Assembly: GCA_000004985.1 (NCBI GenBank)
Contig: GG738944.1
Source of the DNA: Naegleria gruberi
Lineage: Eukaryota
Strand: one strand, 5' to 3'
Length of the DNA stretch: 39,119 nt
The notes beneath the pieces are model-generated. The model was not told the origin of the DNA. It searched no databases and saw only the letters and a program-made list of their open reading frames with translations. Both the position numbers and the translations under genes were made by a program. How positions within the stretch are numbered: the first letter of the stretch is position 1; each line of letters begins with the position of its first letter. This document shows, in pieces, positions 10,918-21,380 of the stretch.

Positions 10918-13900
10918 TCTTTTACTATTGCTGGCTCTATTGAAGGTGGTCCAATTGCTATCTATAATGCCTATACTAGAGATTGGATTAGTACTGGTCT
11001 CTCATCCACTCAATTCAGTGTTGGAAGTTCTATTACAACCATGTCTATTAGTTGTTTAAATGGTACTCTACCTGAATCATTGGATGTTGGTGGTATCTTT
11101 CCTTGCGATATTATTGTTGGAGGTTCTTTCAATATTTCTCTCTCAAATAACGAAACTGCCACCAATTTACTTCGTTTCGAATATGCAACCATGTCATGGA
11201 AAGCAATTAATGATATTATCGGCACACCTAAAAGTGTTGCTATTCTTGACAATAGATTGTTTATTGGTGGTAAATTTGACAATGCAGAATTCTACATTTA
11301 TGATACATTTATGAATGTTGCCATTCCACTAGTTAATGTGAGTGGTGTTCAAGATATTAACGTTCAAAAAGAGGATTTAGGATTGGATACTATTCTAATT
11401 GCAGGTGCATCATTTCCAAATAATCTAAGCAAGATTGCCTATTATACCATTTCCAATTCTTCCTTTTCATTTGCTGGTTTCGTACCTTCTGGCCAAGTGA
11501 CACAAGTTAAATATGTTAAAAACTTAGTGGCAGGTACAAGTGGTACTATATTTGCCGTCATTGATAGTAGTCTATATAGAAGAGATGGAAATGGCCTATT
11601 TTCAAAAATGTTTGATCTTTACTTTAGGAGAATAGAAGTTTTGGGTAAGACCAGTGATGAACCAGGATCGGTTTTAGCGTTAACAGATAGTAAATATTAT
11701 AGTAATTTGTTACTATATTATCCTAAAACCAAAGGTTGGAGAACAATTTCGAATTCAGGAATACAGGTAAATGATGTTGCATTTGATTTCAATACTTGCA
11801 TGGTTTCTGATAGGTTTGGTCCAACATGTAATAATTCGTTCAATAGCTTTGGCTATGGAGCTACTGGGTCCATAATCACACTTCCAGCATTTATCAATAT
11901 TTCAACTCCATTAATTTCCATTAATGATGGTGAATATGAAAGATATAGATATGAATGGCAATTTCAAGGTTCTACTCGATTGACCAACACTTCTTCCTTA
12001 TATTGGGAGAATCCATTTAAATTTCCTATAATTAGTGATCGAGACAAGTATATGTTCTTCAGTGTTTATGATAATTATACTGGCTTTTTAGTATTGAAGA
12101 GATTGTTCTTTGTTGGTATCCCAATTCCAAACCTTACTTGGATGTCAGTTCAGTATTTAGGGAACTTTAATTTCAAGTTGTTATCAAATTGGAAATTATC
12201 AACAGAGGATCCAGATTTAATTTGTTCAGTTGGCTATGTAGATCGCTCTTTTGAAACACTATCAGATTTAACCAATAGTAAGAATTTCACTCTATTTAAT
12301 GTTTCTTGCACTGAATTATTTTCGAGTTCAATAACTCTTAAAGTGCCTTACTATGGAAAATCCAACACCAAGTTGTTTATTTCTGCCAATAATTTCAAAT
12401 ACAACTATCTTGAACCAAGACTCTCTGCTCAAAAAGAAATTATTACTAATTTTCCAGAGTTCTTTGCAACAATGAATGATACTATTGTCGATTTGAAATA
12501 TTATTCAACCAATAATGTAATTTCCTATTCACTACTTGTTTCAACAAATATTCCAACGTTGAATTGTGAGATTAATGTAACATTTGGTAATGATACCATT
12601 TACTCAACAAGTAGATATACCAATGAAACTATAACAATTCAATTCGACTTGACTTTACCTTATTACGTTGAAACACAACTATTGAATGTCATGGTTAATT
12701 TATCAAATAGTGAATATTTCATTGAAAAACAAGTTAATTTCAATTATTCACTTCCAGTAGAATGTGGTGTGTGTGAACATGATGGTACTTGCGTTAGAAA
12801 ATTGAAATCAAAAGTTCAACAATGTAATTGTGCTCCATTATATACTGGTATTAATTGTGAAACATGTTTTGGAGGATCAGTAATGATCAATGATACATGT
12901 ACATGTCCATATGGAAAGTATCAATCTGGATCTAGTTGCCTAGTTGACTATTCCATTTTAACTTGTTATGGTAAAAACTATACTAACCCATCAGTGTGTT
13001 CAAAAAGGGGGAAATGTATTGAGATGAATACATGTAAATGTGATATTGGATATACTGGATCAGAATGTGCAATTCCAATATGCAATGGTAAAAATGCTTC
13101 AGAACCAACGGTTTGTGGAGGTATTGGAAGATGTGCATATCCAAATATTTGTTTCTGTGGATTGAACTTCGCAGGATCAGAGTGTCAAATTCCTACTTGT
13201 AATGGATATTACATAGTTGCCCAAGCTTGTAAAAACGGTGGTTCATGTAATACCAAAACTCACTTGTGTGAAAATTGTTTAGCTCCATATACAGGACAAG
13301 ACTGTGGTGAGTGTATTGAGGGATATAATTTGATCAGAGAAATTTGCTACCCAGTCTGTTTTGGATATTCTTCAATAGATTATAGAGTTTGCAGTGGACA
13401 TGGAAATTGTTCTTTCAATAATGGTCCAGTTTGTAGTTGTAAAACAAATTATACAGGAATCAATTGTGAATATAATATTAATGATAACAATACCAATAGT
13501 AACAATAATACTTTGAGTAATTGTAAGGAAAATTTTGGTGGCTCCAATTGTAGTTTTGAATTAACATACAGAGCCATTTCATCAATTAATCCAAAATATG
13601 ATTTTTCAATTTCCACTTTAGTTATTACCAAAGTTCCATATGCTTCAATAGAATATTCATGGAAGGAAGATAGTGGTACTCTTACTCTTACTGATTCATT
13701 TTCTACTCAACCAACTTTGGTCATTAAATCCAATAATCCAGCTCTCACTGAAGGATTGAAATTGAATTTTACATTGACAGTTACAATTACAGAGCCAGGA
13801 ATGAAACTTTATTACATAAGAAAAACATTTGAAACTAGAGTGAATAATCTTCCAATCATTCAACAATTCAAGGTTATGGATAATTCTACTGGATTGGAAA

Positions 13901-15231
13901 CTACTAGTGGAGTTGGTTTCCAAACAGTTTTTAAAGTAACATGCCTTGCATATGATCCAGATTCTGATCCTATTTCCTATTCTATTGGATATTTATCTGG
14001 TGTTTCCAATAATATTATAAGCAAACGAGTTGGAGATACAACATTCTATTTCAAATTGCCATTTACAAGTGTAGGATATGTTACATTATATCTGAGTGTT
14101 CTTGATTCAAATTTAGGAGAGAGAATACAATATGTCAATGTTACATTATCAGATCCAACTGCTACTTTAGAGGATGGTGCTAAAATTGACTTTGCTAATC
14201 AAATATTGAATTCACCAAATGTCACAGTTGCAGATGTTGCAAGTTCTGCTTATTATTTGACAACTGTTAACTCCTCATCAACAAGTCAAACTGTTGAATT
14301 ACGTACCAAGTTGATTGATGTGGTTAGCTCAACTATTTATTCACAAGATAAGGATACAGCTTTAGAAATCGTCAGTGTCGTTGTAAATGAGCCAAAGTTT
14401 ATTTCCTATTCAACACAAATTAAAGTGTTATCACTCATGAATGATACATCTATAACTAGCTCCCAAGCTGAAAAAGTGTTGACAGTCACTGCAAATCTGC
14501 TATCAGTATCTAGTGATTCAGTTTCTAGCAATCTTATTAAGGACATTATTAATGTTGCTGCACAAACAAAAGCTGCATCTATTCCAGTAGGCTCTTCATC
14601 AACTGTAATTTCTGAAAATATCAAATCTACAGTTGTTAAAAATACAATCTCTTCACTTTCCTCTACTGTATTCGATTCCTCAATAGGAATTAATAGTATT
14701 AAGCTTCCATCAGATTCTCTCAGTCAAGTTTTATCAAATTCTGGATTTGATTCATCCAATTCAATTGTATTGAGTATGAATGTTGCCTCAAAGAAATTAT
14801 ACTCCTATCAACAATGGAACAATACTGCACCATTTTTTATTTTCAAAATCTTGTCAGGAATTGATACCAGCAAAACATTGAGTGTTTCTGGATTGACAAA
14901 TCCAATTGAATTTGACCTGAATGTTGAGTCGGTTTCTTCTAATTTAACAACTAAATGTGTCTATGTTAATGAAAAAACTCAAAGTTTGAGTACAGAAGGA
15001 GTTGAAACAATTATTGTCAGCTCTACAAAAGTTAAATGTAGAGTTTATCACTTGACAGATTTTACCACAATTCCAGTGAGAAAGATTGAAGCATCCACTT
15101 CTCCTATTATTAAACCATCTGCAACATCCTCAACAACAGTAGTACTTGGACATTCAAATAGATCCTATTTGAGTGTAATTGTTCAAATAATTGTAGTTGT
15201 TACATTGGTGGTTGTACTATATGCTTATTAA
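10918..15231 (+). CDS. large extracellular protein with about 8 tenascin/laminin-type EGF-like repeats, Ser/Thr-rich stalk and C-terminal hydrophobic tail (GPI-anchor-like signal); 5' part in gap
   Basis: Uninterrupted frame from gap edge 10918 to TAA 15229-15231. Cys-rich block CGVCEHDGTCV...CNCAPLYTGINCETC...CSKRGKCIEMNTCKCDIGYTGSECAIPICNG...CGGIGRCAYPNICFCGLNFAGSECQIPTCNG...CSGHGNCSFNNGPVCSCKTNYTGINCE has the CxCxxxYxGxxC EGF signature; many NxS/T sequons; ends ...TSSTTVVLGHSNRSYLSVIVQIIVVVTLVVVLYAY* with no cytoplasmic tail. Confidence 0.8.
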   Translation, partial: SFTIAGSIEGGPIAIYNAYTRDWISTGLSSTQFSVGSSITTMSISCLNGTLPESLDVGGIFPCDIIVGGSFNISLSNNETATNLLRFEYATMSWKAINDIIGTPKSVAILDNRLFIGGKFDNAEFYIYDTFMNVAIPLVNVSGVQDINVQKEDLGLDTILIAGASFPNNLSKIAYYTISNSSFSFAGFVPSGQVTQVKYVKNLVAGTSGTIFAVIDSSLYRRDGNGLFSKMFDLYFRRIEVLGKTSDEPGSVLALTDSKYYSNLLLYYPKTKGWRTISNSGIQVNDVAFDFNTCMVSDRFGPTCNNSFNSFGYGATGSIITLPAFINISTPLISINDGEYERYRYEWQFQGSTRLTNTSSLYWENPFKFPIISDRDKYMFFSVYDNYTGFLVLKRLFFVGIPIPNLTWMSVQYLGNFNFKLLSNWKLSTEDPDLICSVGYVDRSFETLSDLTNSKNFTLFNVSCTELFSSSITLKVPYYGKSNTKLFISANNFKYNYLEPRLSAQKEIITNFPEFFATMNDTIVDLKYYSTNNVISYSLLVSTNIPTLNCEINVTFGNDTIYSTSRYTNETITIQFDLTLPYYVETQLLNVMVNLSNSEYFIEKQVNFNYSLPVECGVCEHDGTCVRKLKSKVQQCNCAPLYTGINCETCFGGSVMINDTCTCPYGKYQSGSSCLVDYSILTCYGKNYTNPSVCSKRGKCIEMNTCKCDIGYTGSECAIPICNGKNASEPTVCGGIGRCAYPNICFCGLNFAGSECQIPTCNGYYIVAQACKNGGSCNTKTHLCENCLAPYTGQDCGECIEGYNLIREICYPVCFGYSSIDYRVCSGHGNCSFNNGPVCSCKTNYTGINCEYNINDNNTNSNNNTLSNCKENFGGSNCSFELTYRAISSINPKYDFSISTLVITKVPYASIEYSWKEDSGTLTLTDSFSTQPTLVIKSNNPALTEGLKLNFTLTVTITEPGMKLYYIRKTFETRVNNLPIIQQFKVMDNSTGLETTSGVGFQTVFKVTCLAYDPDSDPISYSIGYLSGVSNNIISKRVGDTTFYFKLPFTSVGYVTLYLSVLDSNLGERIQYVNVTLSDPTATLEDGAKIDFANQILNSPNVTVADVASSAYYLTTVNSSSTSQTVELRTKLIDVVSSTIYSQDKDTALEIVSVVVNEPKFISYSTQIKVLSLMNDTSITSSQAEKVLTVTANLLSVSSDSVSSNLIKDIINVAAQTKAASIPVGSSSTVISENIKSTVVKNTISSLSSTVFDSSIGINSIKLPSDSLSQVLSNSGFDSSNSIVLSMNVASKKLYSYQQWNNTAPFFIFKILSGIDTSKTLSVSGLTNPIEFDLNVESVSSNLTTKCVYVNEKTQSLSTEGVETIIVSSTKVKCRVYHLTDFTTIPVRKIEASTSPIIKPSATSSTTVVLGHSNRSYLSVIVQIIVVVTLVVVLYAY

Positions 15232-15279
15232 TAAATATACTATTCAACCTAAAAGCTAAATGTTTATTTTAATATCACA

Positions 15280-15682
15280 TTATCTCATCCAATCATATTT
15301 CTTTTCTATAAAATCAATTGATTCAATAGATGGTAAACGGTTTCTATCAAGATAACCCTCCGCACATTTTAAATAAGGGTGGGTTGTTGAATTTAAATTC
15401 AAGTCTGAAACAGTACCAAATTTTAACAAGCATGCAAACTCTAGCTTTTTAAAACTTCCAATATTTGTAGAGTCTCTTAAAATCAATCTTTGATATTAGA
15501 AACATCCCCACTAATTCTAACAGATCGAAGATGCACCTCTTCGACATGTTCTGGAATTGAAATACCAACTCTATTTGTTTCTTGGAGACAAACTTGAGTG
15601 ATTTTAAGGATTCTAAATTTTCAATCATATCATTGACTGCTTGTTTTGATTTAATATGTGTGGCAATTTGTTCAAATTCCAT
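15280..15682 (-). CDS. small hypothetical gene read in two overlapping frames (possible sequencing frameshift)
   Basis: ATG at 15680-15682 opens MEFEQIATHIKSKQAVNDMIENLESLKSLKFV...KYWKF* (to 15449). A second frame is open from about 15618 to TAA at 15280 (KFRILKITQVCLQETNRVGISIPEHVEEVHLRSVRISGDVSNIKDLILRDSTNIGSFKKLEFACLLKFGTVSDLNLNSTTHPYLKCAEGYLDRNRLPSIESIDFIEKKYDWMR*). No intron of plausible length (over 50 nt) joins them. Confidence 0.25.
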
Positions 15683-16293
15683 AGAGCTCCAAGTCCTTCC
15701 AAGGAGTTCGCGACTAATCTTGAAAAATATATTAAATTAAACTCTGTGATGATGGGAACTAATGATAATAACAGACTATCAATAGGAAGTGTTATATCAT
15801 TGGAAGCTATCTGGAGAGTAAGAGAGGATTTTTCCGACTATTCAAAAGCATATATTGTGGGGAAGGCTGAAAAAGAAAATTAAACATCTGAATTAGCAAA
15901 TGGCCTTGCTGGCATGTTTCGGACATATACAAATATCAACAACGCCGAAGGTGTTGTTGATATTTGAAAGCAAACATGTATTTCATAGGTAAATTCATTA
16001 TTATTCCACTAATATTTGGTTAAGTTTGGGTTATTGGTTTGGGTTAAAAGTTGGGTTAAAGAGGTCTCTCGAGGAGTTTAATCTCAGCGGGAGGATGGTT
16101 TATTTAAAATTCAATACTTTTTAATTGGAACAGGTCAAGAAGTTGAATGGCCTGTATTGAACAAAGGATACCCCACAATTACTAGAACTGCCTGCCTATA
16201 TTAATGATCAACATTTTTGGATCCTTTTGCATTGGCTATGAGAAACAATACCCCTCCCATTAATTTCCAAATCCTGTTAATTCCAGTTTTTTT

Positions 16294-17505
16294 TCAATTA
16301 TGTGACTCTAACCAGAATTCTAACATTTTAACCTTTTTTTCATTTTCTAACTTCATTTTCTTCAGCTCTGTTTCGTGATCAGTTGTAAGTTTTTCAATAA
16401 ATTTTTTGTATTTGGATTGCATTTGTATAATTTCAGGCCCGAAAGCACATAGTTGAGATTTTAACTCTTCATTTTCATTTTTCAAGTTGTCATTTTGGTT
16501 TTTGTAGTTCTGAATTGCTTTTTCGTTTGCTTGTTTTATTTCAAGCAATTTATTATACTTCTCCTTTAGTCCAGATTTCAATTTTTGATTCTTTTCATTT
16601 TTTAATATGTTAATTTGATTATTAGTAGCAATATCAGTATTCCAACAAACTAGTTTCGTCAAGTTAATTAATTTGCAAATTTCTTTTGCACCATTATCTC
16701 CGATTTTGGTTTGACAAATATCAAGATTTGTTAAATTAATTAATTTCGAAATATCTTGTACACCTTCATCTCCAATATCGTTATTCTGGATATTGAGATT
16801 TGTTAAATTAATTAAATTAAATATAGATTTTATACCTTCATCTCTAATTTTGTTATTACCTATATCAAGATTTGTTAAATTAATTAATTTCGAAATATCT
16901 TGTACACCTTCATCTCCAATATCGTTATTCTGGATATTGAGATTTGTTAAATTAATTAAATTAAATATAGATTTTATACCGTCATTCTCAATTTGGTGTG
17001 TTATATTGTTACGGGACAAATTTTTTTCTGATAACATTACATTGTTTTCTGCGACATTAAGACTTGTTAAATTAGTTAATTTTGAAATTTCCTGTGCTCC
17101 TTTGCTTCGAAGTGCATTGCTTTTTATGTTTAGATTTGTTAAATTAACTAATTTCGAAATATCTTGTACACCTTCATCTCCAATATCGTTATTCTCAATA
17201 TTAAGATTTGTTAAATTAATTAAATTGCATACTATTATTAATCCTTCATTCCCAATATTATTAATACTTATATTAAGAGTTTTTAAATTAACTAATTTCG
17301 AAATATCTTGTACATCATTTCCAATTTTGTTATTCTCCATATTAAGATTTGTTAAATTAATTAAATTGCATATTGCTTTTGCACCATCATATCTAACTTT
17401 GTTATTCCCAACACTGAGCTTTGTTAAATTAATTAATTTAGAAACTTCTGTAGCACCTGTATACCCAATATCATTATGTCCAATATTAAGATTTGTTATA
17501 TTAAT
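16294..17505 (-). CDS. ribonuclease-inhibitor-type leucine-rich-repeat protein with C-terminal coiled coil (N-terminus in gap)
   Basis: At least 14 LRRs of 24 aa with consensus LxNLTxLNIxNNxIGDEGVQDISKL, continuing in frame through 17341-17505 up to gap; track 'M' at 17340 is internal. C-terminal 110 aa KNEKNQKLKSGLKEKYNKLLEIKQANEKAIQNYKNQNDNLKNENEELKSQL... is heptad-like; stop at 16294-16296. Plus-strand ORFs 16793-19014 are antisense artefacts. Confidence 0.8.
   Translation of the reverse strand: MNITNLNIGHNDIGYTGATEVSKLINLTKLSVGNNKVRYDGAKAICNLINLTNLNMENNKIGNDVQDISKLVNLKTLNISINNIGNEGLIIVCNLINLTNLNIENNDIGDEGVQDISKLVNLTNLNIKSNALRSKGAQEISKLTNLTSLNVAENNVMLSEKNLSRNNITHQIENDGIKSIFNLINLTNLNIQNNDIGDEGVQDISKLINLTNLDIGNNKIRDEGIKSIFNLINLTNLNIQNNDIGDEGVQDISKLINLTNLDICQTKIGDNGAKEICKLINLTKLVCWNTDIATNNQINILKNEKNQKLKSGLKEKYNKLLEIKQANEKAIQNYKNQNDNLKNENEELKSQLCAFGPEIIQMQSKYKKFIEKLTTDHETELKKMKLENEKKVKMLEFWLESHN
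16741..16980 (-). repeat. near-identical coding DNA duplication inside LRR array (95-nt exact copies at 16741-16840 and 16885-16980; related copy about 17140-17230), period 144 nt = 2 LRRs
   Basis: taatttcgaaatatcttgtacaccttcatctccaatatcgttattctggatattgagatttgttaaattaattaaattaaatatagattttatacc occurs twice verbatim; protein blocks NIQNNDIGDEGVQDISKLINLTNLDIGNNKIRDEGIKSIFNLINLTNL repeat exactly. Confidence 0.85.
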
Positions 17506-18985
17506 NNNNNNNNNNNNNNNNNNNNNNNNNNNNNNNNNNNNNNNNNNNNNNNNNNNNNNNNNNNNNNNNNNNNNNNNNNNNNNNNNNNNNNNNNNNNNNN
17601 NNNNNNNNNNNNNNNNNNNNNNNNNNNNNNNNNNNNNNNNNNNNNNNNNNNNNNNNNNNNNNNNNNNNNNNNNNNNNNNNNNNNNNNNNNNNNNNNNNNN
17701 NNNNNNNNNNNNNNNNNNNNNNNNNNNNNNNNNNNNNNNNNNNNNNNNNNNNNNNNNNNNNNNNNNNNNNNNNNNNNNNNNNNNNNNNNNNNNNNNNNNN
17801 NNNNNNNNNNNNNNNNNNNNNNNNNNNNNNNNNNNNNNNNNNNNNNNNNNNNNNNNNNNNNNNNNNNNNNNNNNNNNNNNNNNNNNNNNNNNNNNNNNNN
17901 NNNNNNNNNNNNNNNNNNNNNNNNNNNNNNNNNNNNNNNNNNNNNNNNNNNNNNNNNNNNNNNNNNNNNNNNNNNNNNNNNNNNNNNNNNNNNNNNNNNN
18001 NNNNNNNNNNNNNNNNNNNNNNNNNNNNNNNNNNNNNNNNNNNNNNNNNNNNNNNNNNNNNNNNNNNNNNNNNNNNNNNNNNNNNNNNNNNNNNNNNNNN
18101 NNNNNNNNNNNNNNNNNNNNNNNNNNNNNNNNNNNNNNNNNNNNNNNNNNNNNNNNNNNNNNNNNNNNNNNNNNNNNNNNNNNNNNNNNNNNNNNNNNNN
18201 NNNNNNNNNNNNNNNNNNNNNNNNNNNNNNNNNNNNNNNNNNNNNNNNNNNNNNNNNNNNNNNNNNNNNNNNNNNNNNNNNNNNNNNNNNNNNNNNNNNN
18301 NNNNNNNNNNNNNNNNNNNNNNNNNNNNNNNNNNNNNNNNNNNNNNNNNNNNNNNNNNNNNNNNNNNNNNNNNNNNNNNNNNNNNNNNNNNNNNNNNNNN
18401 NNNNNNNNNNNNNNNNNNNNNNNNNNNNNNNNNNNNNNNNNNNNNNNNNNNNNNNNNNNNNNNNNNNNNNNNNNNNNNNNNNNNNNNNNNNNNNNNNNNN
18501 NNNNNNNNNNNNNNNNNNNNNNNNNNNNNNNNNNNNNNNNNNNNNNNNNNNNNNNNNNNNNNNNNNNNNNNNNNNNNNNNNNNNNNNNNNNNNNNNNNNN
18601 NNNNNNNNNNNNNNNNNNNNNNNNNNNNNNNNNNNNNNNNNNNNNNNNNNNNNNNNNNNNNNNNNNNNNNNNNNNNNNNNNNNNNNNNNNNNNNNNNNNN
18701 NNNNNNNNNNNNNNNNNNNNNNNNNNNNNNNNNNNNNNNNNNNNNNNNNNNNNNNNNNNNNNNNNNNNNNNNNNNNNNNNNNNNNNNNNNNNNNNNNNNN
18801 NNNNNNNNNNNNNNNNNNNNNNNNNNNNNNNNNNNNNNNNNNNNNNNNNNNNNNNNNNNNNNNNNNNNNNNNNNNNNNNNNNNNNNNNNNNNNNNNNNNN
18901 NNNNNNNNNNNNNNNNNNNNNNNNNNNNNNNNNNNNNNNNNNNNNNNNNNNNNNNNNNNNNNNNNNNNNNNNNNNNNNNNNNNNN
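17506..18985. other. assembly gap (N run, 1480 nt)
   Basis: continuous n characters; hides N-terminus of LRR gene and C-terminus of large minus-strand gene. Confidence 1.
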
Positions 18986-21230
18986 CATCAATTAATTTAA
19001 ATAAAAAATCATGATTAGTTATAATACTACTATTCATTCCGATTTCCATCATACTTGATGGGCACATTCTAAAGGTAAGTAAACATTCTTGTTCACTATT
19101 TTCCATTCCAAAGTTTGACAAAATTGTTGCATGATATTTTACTAATTTTTTTTGAATATTTTCTGATGGGAATTTAAAAGTTGCACAATTCATTTCAATA
19201 ACTTTCAAACATAATTCATTATTCCAAGAATTTAAATGTTGTTTGGAAATATAATTACATCTATTAATAATAACATTTTCAATAAATTGGTTTTCTAATT
19301 CATTCAAGTTTTTAGAGAAAATTACATAATTAATATTTTCATTTAAATTTAACTTTGAAATAATTTCAATTAAAATATTTTGTAATACAAAACTACATTT
19401 TAAATTAGTAATACTTGAATTTTCTTGTACTAGAGTTAAATTATTAAATAATTGTTGAATTAATTCATTATTATTAGAAATATTCAATCTAGTCATAAAT
19501 TCCTTAATAAATTCCTCTAATTTATAATAATCATATTTAGTTAAATTATTAAATAATTGATCAAAAATTTGTAAAATAAAATCTGGTGTATATTTCAAAT
19601 TATTTGCAGAATGCTCCCAACATGTAAATGTTTGCTCAATTAATTTAGAAACATCTATTGTTAAATCTTTTTGAATTGATTTTTGAATTGTACCCAATAA
19701 AAATTCCTTATTTTCTCTCAAATCATCTGGTGCATATTTCATTAATTCTGGATGATTCATTAAAACTTCAACTTTTGTTGATTCGTCTAAAGAAAGAATT
19801 AAACATGTTAAAATTAATGAATTGAATGATTCAGATTCTTGAATTGAAAGATTTTGACTAATCTTATCAAATAAATCACTTTTTGGAGTTGTTGTTGATT
19901 GGATTTGAATAAATTCTTGAGAAGCATTCAATATTTCTGAATAAATTTCTTGAACCAATGAATAAGAAGAAACATATCCTTTGATATATTTGGAAATATC
20001 TTCTCTCAACATGAATTCAAATGATTCAACCAAGTGAATTGCAATATTTTCTGTCAATGCACAACAAATAATTGGAGAAAGTGGTATTCTTGTTAAATAT
20101 TTAGAAACCATTTCTAATTTTGGAGGATATGTATTTTGTAAAAGGAAAGTTCTTGGTTGAAAGGTTTTAAATTTTGTAAACAATGGTGCAAATAATGCAT
20201 CATATTCATTTGTTGGTGTTGTACCATATCCTTTGTTATAACAAGATTGTAATCTTGGAATGGCTGTTGGATATCCTTGATGAGCACTCTTTTCATAATA
20301 TTCCACCATTTCAAAATATTCAATTGTACTTTCTCTTGACATTATATCAAGGGCTCTGTCAAACACGAATAAACAATTTTGAGATCTTTCTAATTCTGTC
20401 TTGATACTATCAATATCTAAATTAGCTTTTTGTTGATTATNNNNNNNNNNNNNNNNNNNNNNNNNNNNNNNNNNNNNNNNNNNNNNNNNNAGAACATGTT
20501 GAGCCATCAAAAAAGTTAAAACACCTTCAATTGTAATGGAGGTTTTTTTTTCCATAAATTCTAGGAATGATAAATTTGTTTGTTCTTCTTCAACCATTTC
20601 TCTATATAAATCAAGTTGAGAAAGTCTAAATATTTCTTGAAGTGATTCTTTTCTTCCTCTCAAGAATGATTCCAAGTAAAAATTGACAGCAAGAAGTCCT
20701 TTACAAGGCATATCTTTTGAATTTTGAGTTTCACACCATTTACCAAGAATGAACAAATCAGTGTTATTCAAAACAAGTTGTTCACCACTTTCAAAGAGTT
20801 TGATATCAACTTGATTATTCAATGAACCTTTTCCAAGACTTTGATTAATCTTTTCAACTTTGGTTGAATCCAAACTTGCTAACCAATTACAAATCTTTGC
20901 TTCAATATTGGACATCATGTTTGAACTTGTTGTTGTTGTTGTTGTTGAAGAGGAATCATCAAGAGAATTTAGTGATGAAGCAGTAATATTGATGACTCTG
21001 AATTGAGGAGATAAATCAATTTCAAATTCCTTCATCATTTCTTGAGGGGAACAATTCAACATTGAGAAGGTGAATGGAACATGTTCATCATTTCTCCTAT
21101 AAAATAATCTATCCAATGTAATCATTGGTGGAGTGAATAGAATTGTATTCGCAGGAATTGGCAATATTTTGATAGACTTTATACCTGCTGATAAGCCTGC
21201 AAAAGAGGACACGAATGGATTATTCGTCAT
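18986..21230 (-). CDS. large (>1250 aa) predominantly alpha-helical cytosolic protein of unknown function; true ATG at 21228-21230 (MTNNPFVSS...); C-terminus lost in gap 17506-18985; 50-nt internal gap
   Basis: Uninterrupted frame from gap to ATG. N-terminal about 90 aa (ILFTPPMITLDRLFYRRNDEHVPFTFSMLNCSPQEMMKEFEIDL) looks like a ubiquitin/Ras-association-like fold, followed by an S/T-rich linker then long helical region. No family recognised without a search. Confidence 0.7.
20441..20490. other. assembly gap (N run, 50 nt) inside large minus-strand CDS
   Basis: continuous n characters; ORF reading frame is preserved across it in the supplied track. Confidence 1.
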
Positions 21231-21380
21231 TTTTTTGGTTGGTTGCGCAAAAATAAAGACAACGTACAAATCTTGAAAATTGATATGTAGGTTAATTAAT
21301 CACGGTTTTCACGTGTTGACAGGTTCATAGAGCGCTTGCAAACGGCTTTCATTCTATCAACCATCATACAAAAAATAAGA
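21231..21380. promoter_or_regulatory. 150-bp divergent (head-to-head) intergenic promoter region with a GC-rich island containing CACGTG
   Basis: Lies between ATG 21228-21230 (minus gene) and ATG 21381 (giant plus gene). 21301-21350 (cacggttttcacgtgttgacaggttcatagagcgcttgcaaacggctttc) is about 50% GC in a roughly 20% GC context and contains the palindromic E/G-box CACGTG. Confidence 0.4.

Noticed and set aside
11060-11314. 84-aa plus ORF in alternative frame within the EGF-repeat gene, and other 60-110 aa internal/antisense ORFs (13449-13923, 14406-14624, 22649-22903, 23243-23605, 24116-24619, 24972-30677, 31385-31609, 32088-32423)
   Set aside because: All nested in, or antisense to, much longer ORFs with clear domain content; expected by chance in AT-rich coding DNA.
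15900-16290. GGGTTA-like short repeats (ttgggttaaaagttgggttaaag) suggestive of telomere-like sequence
   Set aside because: Only 3-4 imperfect units, internal to a gene-dense contig; more likely part of a decayed repeat/TE fragment.
16793-19014. Long plus-strand ORFs (735 aa and 512 aa) full of RFVKLIKLNIDF repeats and X runs
   Set aside because: They are the antisense translation of the minus-strand LRR array running into the N gap; repetitive LRR codons lack stops on the opposite strand.
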